Positions 36,383-47,348 are shown, counted from the stretch's first letter. The stretch: DNA of 64,000 nt from an uncultured Verrucomicrobiae bacterium (GCA_963772365.1 CAVYXA010000001.1:1216001-1280000); one strand, 5' to 3'. The notes: generated by a model from the letters alone, not told the origin. Program-made: numbers and translations.

Positions 36383-38221
36383 TTATCGCGGAGTCGATAT
36401 CGATGCTGGCGATGGCTTGGGAGACGGCGAAGCCGATGGAGCCGGCGTCGGACTCGCGGCAGCCGCTGCAATTTTGGCCCTAGTTTCTTCGAGAAGTTTT
36501 TTTTCCTCGATGTAGAGATGATCGTGCGATGCGGCCTGGACGTATTCCCGCGCGGCATCCATTTGGTTTTCATCGACCAAAAGAGTCGCCACGTAGACAG
36601 CTGCATGTGGATCATGCAATTTTTCCGGTGGCAACTTCTTGATGATATCGAGGCCTTCGGTTGTGCGTCCCAGGCTGTAGAGGGAAAAAGCGTAGGTAAC
36701 GGCGCAGTTCACATCGTTTGGCGCCTGATCGTAGGCTTGTCTGGCCAACAGCTGCGCCTGTTTTGTGTTTTGATCGATGTTCAGCCCGAGCCGGGCCAGA
36801 TCGGCAGTAATCCCAGGTTCGTTAGGTGAGCTTTCGTGCAGACGCTGGAGAATATCGTGCAATTTTCTCAAGTCATTGTTGGCGCGATAAATCCGGTAAA
36901 GAGCGTCCAGCGCTTCCCGGCGGGTAGGTGGATTTTGCGAAACATTCGACCAGAGCTGGGCTGCTTCACTCGTGAGATTCCATTTCGTCGCCAGTCGGGC
37001 CAGTTTGATTTGCCGGTCCGGCTGATCATGAGCGGCATACTTCGCCGAACGCCAGAGCCGGTCCGCTTCGGCATCGGCCGCAGCCTGACGTGACTGACGG
37101 GCGGCATAAGATTGATAGGCCAGACGCAGGTAATCATCCTGTTTCCACGATCCGGTGCGCGTCCAACGCTTGAGGTGCGACCAATTTTTTAACTCGGCAA
37201 AAGCTTCCGCGATGGCCACGGCCACCGGCGTATGCGTTGTCACATCCGACGTCAGCTTGTCGTTCCATTTGAGCACCTCGGACGACAGACCGTGGTTATT
37301 CATCCAATCCATTAACATCGCCAGATCGGCCGGTTCTCTTGCAGCCACCGGTTTCACTTTCTCCAGCAGCGCGCGAAATTTCTTTTCGTCGAGCTTCCGG
37401 TAAAGATTCAGACAAAGCAGATAATCTGAAAATGTGACCTCCTGCGACATCTGGAGTTGCTGAGCAAACTTATCGGCCGATTCCAGATCGTTTCGATCGA
37501 CGGCATCGTTCAACAAAGCTCGGACCGCGCCGGTGCGAAACGATTGGGATTGGCTCAGACGCTCTAAGTTTTGGCGCGCCTCCGCGCTTTTCGCCGCGTC
37601 CGACGATCGAATTTGCAGCACTGCCAGATTGAATTTGTAGAGATCGTTGCCCGGTTCGCGGTCCACAGCCGCCGCGAATTGGCGTTCCTGTTCGGCAATG
37701 TTGCCTTCGGCCTGCGCCAGCCAGCCGGCTACAACATGAAACTTCGCCTGATCGCGGTCGCGCGGTTCGACATTGCCGAGCGCTTCGCGAGCCGTGTCGA
37801 GATGACCGAACCGAAGGGCGGCGGAAGCCAGGTTGAGTTGGCTATCGAGATCGTGCGGCAGAAGCCGGGCAATTTGGGCGCGCCAGGAAATCGCCTCCTC
37901 AAGATTTCTTTTCTCAGCTGTTTCGGCCAGGATGTACAAAGCTGGCAGGACATCGGGGCGCTTCTCCAAGACTTCGCGGGCAACCCGGGCCGCCTCCGCC
38001 AGTTGGCCAGTCTGCTGGAGTGTGCTCGCTTGTTTGACTAAATTCCGTTCCCGCCAGCCACGGTAAAATTTCAATCCATAGTTAAACGAAAATCCCGCAA
38101 CCGCGAGCACCAGCACAGTCATCCCGATTAGAATCACGGCGCGCTTAGGAGAGAGATCGCGCCGCAAAATGTCGAGCGACCGCCTTTTCCTGCGGCGAAC
38201 ACGAACGATTCTCTCGGGCAT
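36383..38221 (-). CDS. TPR-repeat protein with N-terminal membrane anchor
   Basis: TM helix near the N-terminus followed by helical TPR-like repeats. Confidence 0.75.
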   Translation of the reverse strand: MPERIVRVRRRKRRSLDILRRDLSPKRAVILIGMTVLVLAVAGFSFNYGLKFYRGWRERNLVKQASTLQQTGQLAEAARVAREVLEKRPDVLPALYILAETAEKRNLEEAISWRAQIARLLPHDLDSQLNLASAALRFGHLDTAREALGNVEPRDRDQAKFHVVAGWLAQAEGNIAEQERQFAAAVDREPGNDLYKFNLAVLQIRSSDAAKSAEARQNLERLSQSQSFRTGAVRALLNDAVDRNDLESADKFAQQLQMSQEVTFSDYLLCLNLYRKLDEKKFRALLEKVKPVAAREPADLAMLMDWMNNHGLSSEVLKWNDKLTSDVTTHTPVAVAIAEAFAELKNWSHLKRWTRTGSWKQDDYLRLAYQSYAARQSRQAAADAEADRLWRSAKYAAHDQPDRQIKLARLATKWNLTSEAAQLWSNVSQNPPTRREALDALYRIYRANNDLRKLHDILQRLHESSPNEPGITADLARLGLNIDQNTKQAQLLARQAYDQAPNDVNCAVTYAFSLYSLGRTTEGLDIIKKLPPEKLHDPHAAVYVATLLVDENQMDAAREYVQAASHDHLYIEEKKLLEETRAKIAAAAASPTPAPSASPSPKPSPASISTPR

Positions 38222-38287
38222 TTTTTCCCCTTATGCTAGTTTGAATAGGACAATGCAACCGCGCCCCATCGCGAGCTGCGGCGACAT

Positions 38288-39646
38288 TTACGCTTCAACG
38301 CGTTCTGCTTCCCGGACAACCGGCAGGCTTTCAATCGACTCGAGCGTTTCCTGCCGCAGACGGCGGCCCCACACATATCGCGCGAGCAGCACCTTCAACG
38401 TGGCAGTTAACGGCACGGCAAGTATCGGCCCGAGCAATCCGCCAATGAGTAATCCCCACACGAAGATCGACACGATCACCGTCATGGGATGCAGACCCAC
38501 GTAAGTTCCTACGATCCGCGGCGCGTAAAATAATCCTTCGAGATTTTGAATCACGATGAAAATGATCGTGACCCAAAGCGGCCACCAACCGCCCATTTGG
38601 AATGTCGCGATCAGCACCGCCGGGACCCAGCAGATGATAATCCCGATGTAGGGAATCATGGTGAGGACGGTCACCATCAGCCCGATCAGTGGCGCAAAAT
38701 TCAGGCCGATGAGTGTGAGAGCGCTGCCAATAAGCACGCCATCCACCATGCAGACCAGTAATTGCCCGCGGAAATAAGCAATGATGTATTTGTTAATCTC
38801 CGACAACACGTCTGCCACTTCGTCTTTGAACGGCGACGCGCGCAATGGCAGATATTCTTTCCATCTCCGCGCAATGCGCGGGCTCTCCTTCAAGAGGAAA
38901 AACAGATACACCGGCACTAAAACAAGACTGAGAAGGAATCCGAAAACGCCGAGAAAGCCCCCGATGCTTTTTTGGAGAAGATTCCAAAACTTCTCGGTCA
39001 GGATCGGGATGTATTTCTCCAGATTGGGCATTTCTTTTTCTACCCAGGCCTGAACACGCTGCCGGTCTGCCGAGGAAATCTTGTCTGGATTAGGGGCAAT
39101 CACTTCACCAGACGGTCCGGCGCCTTCGGGCAGCGGTGTCGCAGTGGGCGAAGGCGAAGGACGCGGTGAAGGCGCGCCGAGAAGCCAGTTCACAAAATTC
39201 GCCGTGGGCGAAACGTGCTTCTCGTGCGACGCCTCGCTGGAAGCACCGAAGTTTCGATTAAACTGAAGCGCCAAATCGACCACGTAATCGCGCGCTTTCT
39301 GGGTATAATTGGGAAGTTCTTTCGCAAAATTCGCGCTTTGCGCCGAGATCGTCGGCACCAGCCACCAGAATAATCCAGCCAGGGCGATGAATGCGGTCAG
39401 GAAAATCAGTGCGATGGCTTGCAACCGGCCCCTAACGACCAGACTCAATCGCGTCACCAACGGATCCAGCAAATAGGCAAGGATCGCCGCGATGGCGACC
39501 GGGATCAGGATCGGCTGGAGAAAACTCATGACGTTGGCGCTCACCCAAACTACGGCGCCCGCCATGATCACCAGGATAATGACGAAAAAGGCGCTAAGCG
39601 CCGCCCACATCGTCTTTCTTTGCCAGGGCGTTGGATAACTGCTCAT
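38288..39646 (-). CDS. AI-2E (PerM) family transporter
   Basis: ILAYLLDPLV, YFRGQL, IPYIG, PRIVG..VGLHP, LAVPLTA. Confidence 0.92.
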   Translation of the reverse strand: MSSYPTPWQRKTMWAALSAFFVIILVIMAGAVVWVSANVMSFLQPILIPVAIAAILAYLLDPLVTRLSLVVRGRLQAIALIFLTAFIALAGLFWWLVPTISAQSANFAKELPNYTQKARDYVVDLALQFNRNFGASSEASHEKHVSPTANFVNWLLGAPSPRPSPSPTATPLPEGAGPSGEVIAPNPDKISSADRQRVQAWVEKEMPNLEKYIPILTEKFWNLLQKSIGGFLGVFGFLLSLVLVPVYLFFLLKESPRIARRWKEYLPLRASPFKDEVADVLSEINKYIIAYFRGQLLVCMVDGVLIGSALTLIGLNFAPLIGLMVTVLTMIPYIGIIICWVPAVLIATFQMGGWWPLWVTIIFIVIQNLEGLFYAPRIVGTYVGLHPMTVIVSIFVWGLLIGGLLGPILAVPLTATLKVLLARYVWGRRLRQETLESIESLPVVREAERVEA

Positions 39647-39713
39647 GCGTTAATCAAGGTCGACTATCGAGTCAAAGCAGTTCTCGTTCGAGCGCAATCT
39701 GCGAGTTTCTGGA

Positions 39714-41549
39714 TCACTGAATGAGATTCGGATTCGCCGGTTCACCCTTGCTCATCTTGGTTTTGGCGTTGTCGATCTTCTCCGCCAGTTTCTTGTCCTT
39801 GGGATCAAGGGCCAGCGCTTTCTGCCACGATTCCAGCGCCTGAGCCGGGCGATTTAATTTCGAATAAGTATCGCCCAAATGATTGAACACCACCGGATCG
39901 TTATGTGCCATGTTCTGCACGGCTCGCTGCAAATCAGCCAAGGCTTGCTCGAATTTGCCCTGCCGAAATTCCACCCACCCGAGGCTGTCGAGGTAAGCGC
40001 CGTTGCTCGGGTCGCTTTTCACTGCCCGCCGGATCATCTCCTCGGCTTCGGTCAAATGCATATTTTGCTCCGCCCACATGTATCCGAGATAATTGCAGGC
40101 GTCCGCGCAGTTCTCCGGGTCGAGCGCAATCGATCTGCGAAATAATTCGGCCGCTTTGTCGTAAAGGCCTGCTTGCTCAGCCGTCGCGCCATAGTTGAAA
40201 TAGAATTTCGAATTGACCATTTCGTTACCCTGGAGCTCGGCTTCGTGCAAAGCTTCGGCGAACATGGCCATCGCTTGTTGCGGCTGTTTCGCTTCTCTTT
40301 GGGCCAATGCCAGATAATAGGAAATCTCCGGGATGCCTGGGAAACGGCGGCGTGCTTCGCTCAAAACTTTGACGGCTCGATCTGCATCCCTTACGGCTCC
40401 GAGGAGCAGTTCCGCCAATCGCAGATAGGTGGTGACGTGCGTTGGATTAATGAGCAGGCTCTGTTCGTAATTGGCGGCGGCTTTGGCAAAAAAGGCTTTG
40501 GCCTGCTCGGCCTGGTTCGCCCGGTCCAAGGAACGTCCCTCGTCATCCTGCACCTGGGCGAGCAATTCGTATGGCTGAAATTTTGCCGGTTGCTGCTTAA
40601 TGATTTCTTCCAGTGTCTCGATTGCCTTGGTCCGTTGATTGGTCAGAACAAAGCCGGTGGCGAGTTTTTCCCGCGCGTTGGCGTCGTCGGGCTCTAGTTC
40701 GAGCACTCGCAAGTACAGCGGGATCGCTTCTTTGATTTGCTGCGTCGCGGCATAATAATCCGCCACATCCTTTAGCACCTCGGGATCATCTCCAGCGTTT
40801 TCGGCAGCTTTTTTGAAAACCGAATTCACCCGCTCGAGCTCGGCCGGTTCCGGCGTCGAATCGTTCTGGAACAGAATTGAAGCGTACAACTTCCCCAGTT
40901 GCGACCAAAAGGCTGGATCTTTGCTTTGCACCTTGAGCGCGCGGTCGAGCGATTCGAGCGCTTTTTTATCTTCACCGGCAGCGACGCGAATTTCGTAAAG
41001 CCGCTGATAAGCGTCGATGTTTTGCGGATCGAGATGGATCGCTTGATTCGCGTAATCGACGGCCTGATCGGTCCGCTTCAAATACTTCGCGTAGATGAAC
41101 GCGAGCTGCAGATAAGGCCGGGCATCTTTCGGGTTCGCCTTGACCGTGTCCTTCAGAACATCAATTGCCTGGGGATAATCGCCCTGTCGGCTTAACAAGC
41201 CTGCCACGCGCACCGCAAGCTCCGACTGACCAGGATCGACATTGAGGACTTTGCGATACGCGGCCAGCGCCTTCTCCATTTCTCCCTCTTCTTCCAACGC
41301 GTTACCCTCGACAAAATAAGAGAGCGCCTCGGCCTTGTGCACACCTTCGGGGCGCAAGATTAAATCTTTGGCCGGCACGCGATCGAAAGAATCGTCCTGC
41401 CGACCGACACTCCTTTTGGTCGCGACGGACGACTCAAGCGGCGTTGCTTGCGATGTGGCCGCCGGCGCAAGTTTCCCCCAGGCTAAAAGCAAAAGGAGAA
41501 CAGTTAGACAAAAAAGAGGCCGGAGACCCGCGTGCTTCAGCTCCGTCAT
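39714..41549 (-). CDS. exported TPR protein
   Basis: Signal peptide; many TPRs; NYLGYMWAE, YLDSLGWV, HLGD. Confidence 0.88.
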   Translation of the reverse strand: MTELKHAGLRPLFCLTVLLLLLAWGKLAPAATSQATPLESSVATKRSVGRQDDSFDRVPAKDLILRPEGVHKAEALSYFVEGNALEEEGEMEKALAAYRKVLNVDPGQSELAVRVAGLLSRQGDYPQAIDVLKDTVKANPKDARPYLQLAFIYAKYLKRTDQAVDYANQAIHLDPQNIDAYQRLYEIRVAAGEDKKALESLDRALKVQSKDPAFWSQLGKLYASILFQNDSTPEPAELERVNSVFKKAAENAGDDPEVLKDVADYYAATQQIKEAIPLYLRVLELEPDDANAREKLATGFVLTNQRTKAIETLEEIIKQQPAKFQPYELLAQVQDDEGRSLDRANQAEQAKAFFAKAAANYEQSLLINPTHVTTYLRLAELLLGAVRDADRAVKVLSEARRRFPGIPEISYYLALAQREAKQPQQAMAMFAEALHEAELQGNEMVNSKFYFNYGATAEQAGLYDKAAELFRRSIALDPENCADACNYLGYMWAEQNMHLTEAEEMIRRAVKSDPSNGAYLDSLGWVEFRQGKFEQALADLQRAVQNMAHNDPVVFNHLGDTYSKLNRPAQALESWQKALALDPKDKKLAEKIDNAKTKMSKGEPANPNLIQ

Positions 41550-41652
41550 GTTTTGCCGAATCTAACTGTGGAGATTGGCCTCCGCAAACCCAGCGAACCG
41601 CCGGCTTGGGTTCTGTTTGCAGTGATTTCGCCGCTCAGGCATCTTTGGCGCG

Positions 41653-43353
41653 GTGCAATATAACGAAGAGTACGTGCTTAAGCTCCTCGAAGACACGGGA
41701 CTTATTACCCCTCAGCAGATCGAGAAAGCACGCTCGCAATTGAACGGCGAGAAAGTGATCGACGTTCTGATTCGGGAAGGCGTCATATCCGATACCGACG
41801 TTTCGCGCTCGTTGGCGGCACAGGCCCACATGGATTGGATCGACATCTCTTCCATCGTCATTCCGCCAGAGGTAATTGCAGAAATTCGGGCCCAGGAAGC
41901 GCGCCGGTTCAAAGTGATACCGGTGGCGTTCGGCGAAACCGGGTTGGTTGTGGCCGTCAGCGATCCGCTCGATATCAACACCATCGACAGCCTCAGTTTT
42001 CTGCTGCAACGCGAGATCGAGCTGGTTTGCAGCAGCCCGGAAAAAATTCGCGAGGCCCTGGTCAAATATTATGGTACCGCGGAAGAGGCAGCCGACGTGA
42101 TCCGGCAAAAAATCGGCGAAGATGTCGATCTTGAGCTGGAACTTCCGGGCGCGGGTGAAATCGCCGAAGGCAACGAAACCGACGCGCCGATTGTTCGGAT
42201 GGTGTCGATGTTACTGGTCGAAGCGTATCGGCTTCGGGCCAGCGATATTCACCTGGAACCACTCGACAAAAAATTTCGTGTTCGCTTCCGGATCGACGGA
42301 GTTCTTCAGGAAATGCAGGCGCCGCCCAAGCGTTTGCAGTCGGCGATTGTCAGCCGGATCAAAATCATGACCGGCTCGATGAGCATCGCCGAAAAACGTT
42401 TGCCGCAGGATGGGCGGATTCGGGTAAAGATCAAAAAAAAGCCGCTCGACTTGCGTGTCTCGACGATTCCCACGAATCACGGCGAGAGCGTGGTGATGCG
42501 ATTGCTCGACAAATCGAGCCTGCTCCTCGGCCTGCCGGAGCTCGGTTTTTTCAGCGATGATCAGGAAACGTTCGAGCGCCTGATCAAATTGCCCGACGGG
42601 ATTCTGCTCGTGACCGGTCCGACCGGTTCCGGAAAAACGACGACCCTCTACGCCTGCTTGAATTACGTGAACAAACCCGATCGGAAGATCATCACGGTGG
42701 AAGAGCCTATCGAATATCAAATGACGGGCATCAACCAGGTCCAGGTGAATCCGGAGATCGGGATGACGTTTCCGGCTGCGTTGCGGTCGATGCTTCGACA
42801 GGCGCCCAATATCATCATGATTGGTGAGATTCGGGATACGGAAACGGCGAACATCGCCACCAACGCGAGCCTGACTGGTCATCTCGTGTTCAGTACACTG
42901 CACACAAATGACGCGCCTTCGGCAGTGGCCCGTTTAATCGACATCGGCGTGCAACCATTTCTCGTTGCCTCTTCCGTTCGAGCCATCATGGCCCAGCGGC
43001 TTGTCCGGCGACTCTGTTCAAACTGCAAGAAACCTGCGGAGCTGACGGAAACTCAAATGCGGGCACTCCGAATCGAGCCGGGCCAGATCGGCGACGCGCA
43101 AGTGATGGAACCGGTCGGCTGCGATCAGTGCCGGGAGACTGGGTACAAAGGCCGGATGGGTATCTTCGAAATCTTTACCATCGACGACGACGTCCGCCAC
43201 ATGATCAACAAACGGAGCCCAACTTTGCATTTGCGGCAACGCGCTCGCGAGCTCGGTATGCGCACATTGCGCGAAGACGGCATGCGCAAAGTTCTGGCCG
43301 GCCTCACTTCTGCCGATGAAGTAATTTCCACAACCGTAAGAGACGTGAGCTGA
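41653..43353 (+). CDS. GspE/PilB family secretion ATPase (copy 1)
   Basis: ASDIHLEP, RLPQDGR, TGPTGSGKTTTLY, LRQAP, STLHTND, Cys-x2-Cys pairs. Confidence 0.94.
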   Translation: MQYNEEYVLKLLEDTGLITPQQIEKARSQLNGEKVIDVLIREGVISDTDVSRSLAAQAHMDWIDISSIVIPPEVIAEIRAQEARRFKVIPVAFGETGLVVAVSDPLDINTIDSLSFLLQREIELVCSSPEKIREALVKYYGTAEEAADVIRQKIGEDVDLELELPGAGEIAEGNETDAPIVRMVSMLLVEAYRLRASDIHLEPLDKKFRVRFRIDGVLQEMQAPPKRLQSAIVSRIKIMTGSMSIAEKRLPQDGRIRVKIKKKPLDLRVSTIPTNHGESVVMRLLDKSSLLLGLPELGFFSDDQETFERLIKLPDGILLVTGPTGSGKTTTLYACLNYVNKPDRKIITVEEPIEYQMTGINQVQVNPEIGMTFPAALRSMLRQAPNIIMIGEIRDTETANIATNASLTGHLVFSTLHTNDAPSAVARLIDIGVQPFLVASSVRAIMAQRLVRRLCSNCKKPAELTETQMRALRIEPGQIGDAQVMEPVGCDQCRETGYKGRMGIFEIFTIDDDVRHMINKRSPTLHLRQRARELGMRTLREDGMRKVLAGLTSADEVISTTVRDVS

Positions 43354-43367
43354 TGAAGATTCGTTTT

Positions 43368-43425
43368 CCCTCACCCGGCGACTTCGTTGTCCCCCTCTCC
43401 CAATGGGAAAGGGTTGGGGTGAAGG
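43368..43425. repeat. CCCTCACCC...CCTCTCCC-type palindromic repeat
   Basis: CCCTCACCC ... CCCCTCTCCCAATGGGAAAGGG ... GGGGTGAAGG between the two ATPase genes. Confidence 0.6.
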
Positions 43426-43434
43426 CCATCTATC

Positions 43435-45123
43435 GTGAACGCTAAACAGCTTGCCGAGCTTTTCGTCGAACAACGCGTCCTCGAGCGATCTCAAGCAGAG
43501 GAAGTGGTGAACGAAGTCGAGCTCAACGGAAAAACCTTCGAGCAGGCAATGATCGACGGCGGTTATGTCGACCAATTCGGATTTTATCAAACCGTGGCCG
43601 ATGCGCTTGGCACTGAGTTTGTCGATCTTATCAATAAAGAAATCGCGCCGGAGATTTTGCGTTTGATTCCAAGCGGGCTAGCTCGTTTGCACCGGGCACT
43701 TCCGGTTTCGTTGAGCGGAAATACTTTGCGGGTCGCTCTGGTCGATCCTCTCGAACCGCGCACAGCCGAAGATCTTCGATTCGCTCTGGATAAAGATGTC
43801 GATGTTGTTGTCGCTCCAACCGAGCAAATTGAGGAGCGAATCAAGAATTTCTACGGCACGGAGACCGCGAGCATCGAGGAAATCCTCCAGCAACTGGGTG
43901 AGGCCGGCGATCTTCTTCAATTACGCGAGGCGGACGATGCCGCCGCGGCGGTCGAAGCCGAGGCAAACGCGACTCCGATCATTCGCTTTGTCGATCTAAT
44001 TCTTTATCAAGCCATCCAAGACCGCGCCAGCGACATCCATTTCGAGCCGTTCGAAAACGAATTCAAAATCCGCTATCGCGTCGATGGCGCACTGTACGAA
44101 ATGTCGCCGCCGCCGCGCCATCTGGCTTTGCCGGTGATTTCGCGGGTCAAGGTAATGGCCAACATGAACATCGCCGAGCGCCGCTTGCCGCAGGATGGAC
44201 GGATCCAAAAAAATATCGCCGGGCGCAGTGTCGACCTTCGGGTGTCGACCTTGCCTACGCAATTCGGAGAAAGCCTGGTCTTGCGCGTTCTCGACCGCTC
44301 GACCGTGAATCTGGATTTGGAGATGCTCGGCATGCCCGATTACATCCTGGAGGCCGTTCTGGAAATCATTCAACGGCCAAACGGAATTTTCATTGCTACC
44401 GGTCCGACCGGTTCTGGAAAAACGACGACGCTTTATTCCTGTCTGCGGAAAATCAACACAATCGATTCCAAATTGCTCACCGCAGAAGAACCCGTGGAAT
44501 ATGATTTGGAAGGAATCGTGCAGGTGCCGGTAAATGAAAGCATCGGGCTGACCTTCGCCCGGGCGCTCCGTGCCTTCCTGCGACAGGATCCAGACCGGAT
44601 CATGATCGGCGAAACCCGCGACTTGGAGACGGCGCAGATCGCTATGCAAGCTTCGCTCACGGGGCACCTTGTTTTCACAACGCTGCATACAAATGATGCG
44701 CCCGGCGCGGTCACGCGCTTGATCGACATGGGAGTCGAGCCATTTCTAATTTCATCGACGCTCGAGGCAGTTTTGGGCCAGCGATTGTTGCGCCGGATTT
44801 GCACGGGGTGTCGCACGACTTATCAGCCGAACAACGCCTTGCTCGCCCAACTCGATCTTTCCCGACGCGACATTGGCGAGAAAGAATTTCATTACGGGAA
44901 AGGATGCGAGAACTGCAATCAAACCGGTTACAAGGGACGAATCGGCATTTACGAATTGATGAGGATCACCGATCCGCTGCGGGAATTAATCAACGAACGA
45001 GCGCCTACAGTCGCGTTAAGACAAAAAGCGATCGAGTTGGGAATGGTGGCGCTGCGTCAGGATGGATTGCGCAGCATTTTCGCCGGCGACACTACAGTCG
45101 AGGAAGTGCTGAAATACACGTGA
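43435..45123 (+). CDS. GspE/PilB family secretion ATPase (copy 2)
   Basis: ASDIHFEP, TGPTGSGKTTTLY, LRQDPD, TTLHTND. Confidence 0.94.
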   Translation: MNAKQLAELFVEQRVLERSQAEEVVNEVELNGKTFEQAMIDGGYVDQFGFYQTVADALGTEFVDLINKEIAPEILRLIPSGLARLHRALPVSLSGNTLRVALVDPLEPRTAEDLRFALDKDVDVVVAPTEQIEERIKNFYGTETASIEEILQQLGEAGDLLQLREADDAAAAVEAEANATPIIRFVDLILYQAIQDRASDIHFEPFENEFKIRYRVDGALYEMSPPPRHLALPVISRVKVMANMNIAERRLPQDGRIQKNIAGRSVDLRVSTLPTQFGESLVLRVLDRSTVNLDLEMLGMPDYILEAVLEIIQRPNGIFIATGPTGSGKTTTLYSCLRKINTIDSKLLTAEEPVEYDLEGIVQVPVNESIGLTFARALRAFLRQDPDRIMIGETRDLETAQIAMQASLTGHLVFTTLHTNDAPGAVTRLIDMGVEPFLISSTLEAVLGQRLLRRICTGCRTTYQPNNALLAQLDLSRRDIGEKEFHYGKGCENCNQTGYKGRIGIYELMRITDPLRELINERAPTVALRQKAIELGMVALRQDGLRSIFAGDTTVEEVLKYT

Positions 45124-45135
45124 GCTTTCGACGAC

Positions 45136-45233
45136 TTAACGATTTAGCGAGTCAGGGATTTAGTGATTCAGATGGACTGGCGGGCGCACTTTCGCTTCAA
45201 TCGCTAACTCATTGAATCGTTAAATCATTAAAT
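45136..45233. repeat. palindromic octamer repeat array (nnGATTTA / TAAATCnn-like); similar array at 12076-12170
   Basis: TAACGATTTAGCGAGTCAGGGATTTAGTGATT ... AATCGCTAACTCATTGAATCGTTAAATCATTAA. Confidence 0.65.
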
Positions 45234-45239
45234 TCCATC

Positions 45240-46532
45240 ATGCCACGCTTCACTTATGTCGCTCTAGATTCGCGTGGTCAGGAATCGACCGGCCTGGTCG
45301 AAGCCAGTACTTCCAGCGAAGCGATCGGCCAATTGCGGCAGGCCGGTTTTTTCCCGACCAGCGTTTACGAGGAAGGCCAAGCCGGGGGTCGCGATGGAAA
45401 AACGGCGCGCAAATCGGCCAAAGCGAATCGTGCGCCGCGAACCAACCTTGCATCCAAAGAAATCACGCTATTCCAGCGCAAGAAAATCAAACCGAAAGTC
45501 TTGATGATTTTCACCCGTCAACTTGCGACCCTGATCGATTCCGGGCTTCCGCTTCTGCGGAGCCTCAATGTTCTTTCGAAACAGGAACGCGATTCCGTTT
45601 TGAAAAAGACCATCGACAAGGTGGCCGACTCAGTCCAAGGCGGGAATACCTTTTCCGACAGTCTCGCCCAACATCCGCTGATCTTTAACGATCTCTACGT
45701 GAACATGGTGAAAGCGGGCGAGCTGGGTGGTGTTCTCGAAGTTGTGCTCAAACGGCTGGCGGAGTTTCAGGAGAAAGCGGCCAAGATCAAGAACAAGGTC
45801 GCCTCGGCCATGGTTTATCCGAGCATTGTGCTGACGATGGCTGTCGCCATCCTGTCTTTCTTGTTAGTGTTCATTGTCCCAAGATTTGAAACAATTTTTC
45901 ACGAGATGCTCGGCGATAAGCCGCTCCCGGCCGTTACGCTGCTGGTCATCGGCATAAGCGGTTTTGTGAAAAATCACATTTTTGCTCTGCTGGGCGGGAT
46001 TGTGGCGCTGATTGCGGTTTACAAATTCATGGCTCGCACCAGCAGCGGAAGAATCATTGTCGATGAAATGAAACTCCATCTTCCGCTTTTCGGGGACCTG
46101 CTTCGCAAGACGGCGATCTCACGTTTTGCCCGGACCCTCGGCACGCTGGTCACGAGCGGTGTTCCCATTTTACAGGCGCTCAATATAACCCGGGAGACAG
46201 CGGGCAATACCGTGATTGCGCGCGCCATCGCAAAAGTACATGACAGCGTGAAAGAAGGCGAATCGATCGTCCAACCGCTCGAAGCCAGCCGGGCGTTTCC
46301 ACCGATAGTGATTAGCATGGTTGACGTCGGCGAAGAAACCGGTCAGCTCCCGGAAATGCTTCTCAAGGTCGCGGACGTCTTTGACGACGAAGTGGACACA
46401 TCCGTGGCCAGACTCACGGCCATGCTGGAACCGATCATGATTGTTTTTCTCGCCGTGATCGTGGGCACGATCGTCATTGCTCTCTTCATGCCGCTCATCA
46501 GCATCATCAGTGGATTACAGGAAAAAACGTAA
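45240..46532 (+). CDS. type II secretion F / PilC inner-membrane platform protein
   Basis: FTRQLATLIDSGLPLL, MVKAGELGG.L, GEETGQL, EPIMIV. Confidence 0.94.
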   Translation: MPRFTYVALDSRGQESTGLVEASTSSEAIGQLRQAGFFPTSVYEEGQAGGRDGKTARKSAKANRAPRTNLASKEITLFQRKKIKPKVLMIFTRQLATLIDSGLPLLRSLNVLSKQERDSVLKKTIDKVADSVQGGNTFSDSLAQHPLIFNDLYVNMVKAGELGGVLEVVLKRLAEFQEKAAKIKNKVASAMVYPSIVLTMAVAILSFLLVFIVPRFETIFHEMLGDKPLPAVTLLVIGISGFVKNHIFALLGGIVALIAVYKFMARTSSGRIIVDEMKLHLPLFGDLLRKTAISRFARTLGTLVTSGVPILQALNITRETAGNTVIARAIAKVHDSVKEGESIVQPLEASRAFPPIVISMVDVGEETGQLPEMLLKVADVFDDEVDTSVARLTAMLEPIMIVFLAVIVGTIVIALFMPLISIISGLQEKT

Positions 46533-46566
46533 ATCCAATGACGCCCCATGATCTCATGAATGCTGC

Positions 46567-46737
46567 TGTCATGTTGAGCGAAACGAAACATCTCAATCTA
46601 TTCTTGGAGCGACAATTACAGAAATAAGCGGGGATTGAACTCGTTCGTCTCCCGACTCACTCGCCGCTACCCTCGCGGCCTTACAGTCCATGTCGCTCAT
46701 CCCATTCGCTCCATTCTTCGCTGCGCTCAGAATGACA
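46567..46737. repeat. TGTCAT..TGAGCG-type palindromic element
   Basis: TGTCATGTTGAGCGAAACGAA ... TTCGCTGCGCTCAGAATGACA. Confidence 0.75.
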
Positions 46738-46740
46738 GCT

Positions 46741-47319
46741 ATGAGATGTCTTCAACGGCTTGAATGCATTAGCGATACGGCCAAGCGAAATAGATTCAAC
46801 GTCCGCGACCGTGGCTTCACGTTGATCGAAATTTTGGTTGTCATCGCCATCATTCTCGTGCTGGCGGGATTGATCCTGAGCACAGCGGGCTACGTTCAAA
46901 AGAAAGCTGCGCGTTCCCGGGCCGAAACCGAGATCGCCGCCATGTCCGCCGCGCTGGAAAGTTACAAGGCGGATAATGGCATCTATCCTACCGACCATGA
47001 CAGAACGGAAAACGTTAATCCCGACGATCCACCACCCGCAACCGCCAGTCAGTTTCTCTATGAGCAACTTAGCGGAGATGCAAACGATGACCGAACCGCG
47101 GAAGGAAAATCATATTTTACATTCAAGCCAAATATGCTGAGTCCCCTCGATCAATCGGAAATGGTGCAGTACATCCGCGATCCGTTCGGCAATCCCTATG
47201 GCTACTCGACAGCTCGAGCGACCGGACAGATCTACGGATACAATCCCACATTTGATCTCTGGAGCAAAGCCAATGCAGACCCGGCCACTGATCAACGCCA
47301 GTGGATCAAAAACTGGTAG
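46741..47319 (+). CDS. prepilin / pseudopilin (GspG-like)
   Basis: G-FTLIE N-methylation motif, hydrophobic helix, YKADNGIYP, DPFGNPY. Confidence 0.9.
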   Translation: MRCLQRLECISDTAKRNRFNVRDRGFTLIEILVVIAIILVLAGLILSTAGYVQKKAARSRAETEIAAMSAALESYKADNGIYPTDHDRTENVNPDDPPPATASQFLYEQLSGDANDDRTAEGKSYFTFKPNMLSPLDQSEMVQYIRDPFGNPYGYSTARATGQIYGYNPTFDLWSKANADPATDQRQWIKNW

Positions 47320-47348
47320 GCGACACAAGTAGCTGCGATTGCCGCTAA

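Noticed and set aside
42211..44688. Long antisense ORFs opposite the PilB genes (also opposite purF, dapF, kmo, shc)
   Set aside because: Expected shadows of GC-rich codon usage; no recognisable motifs.
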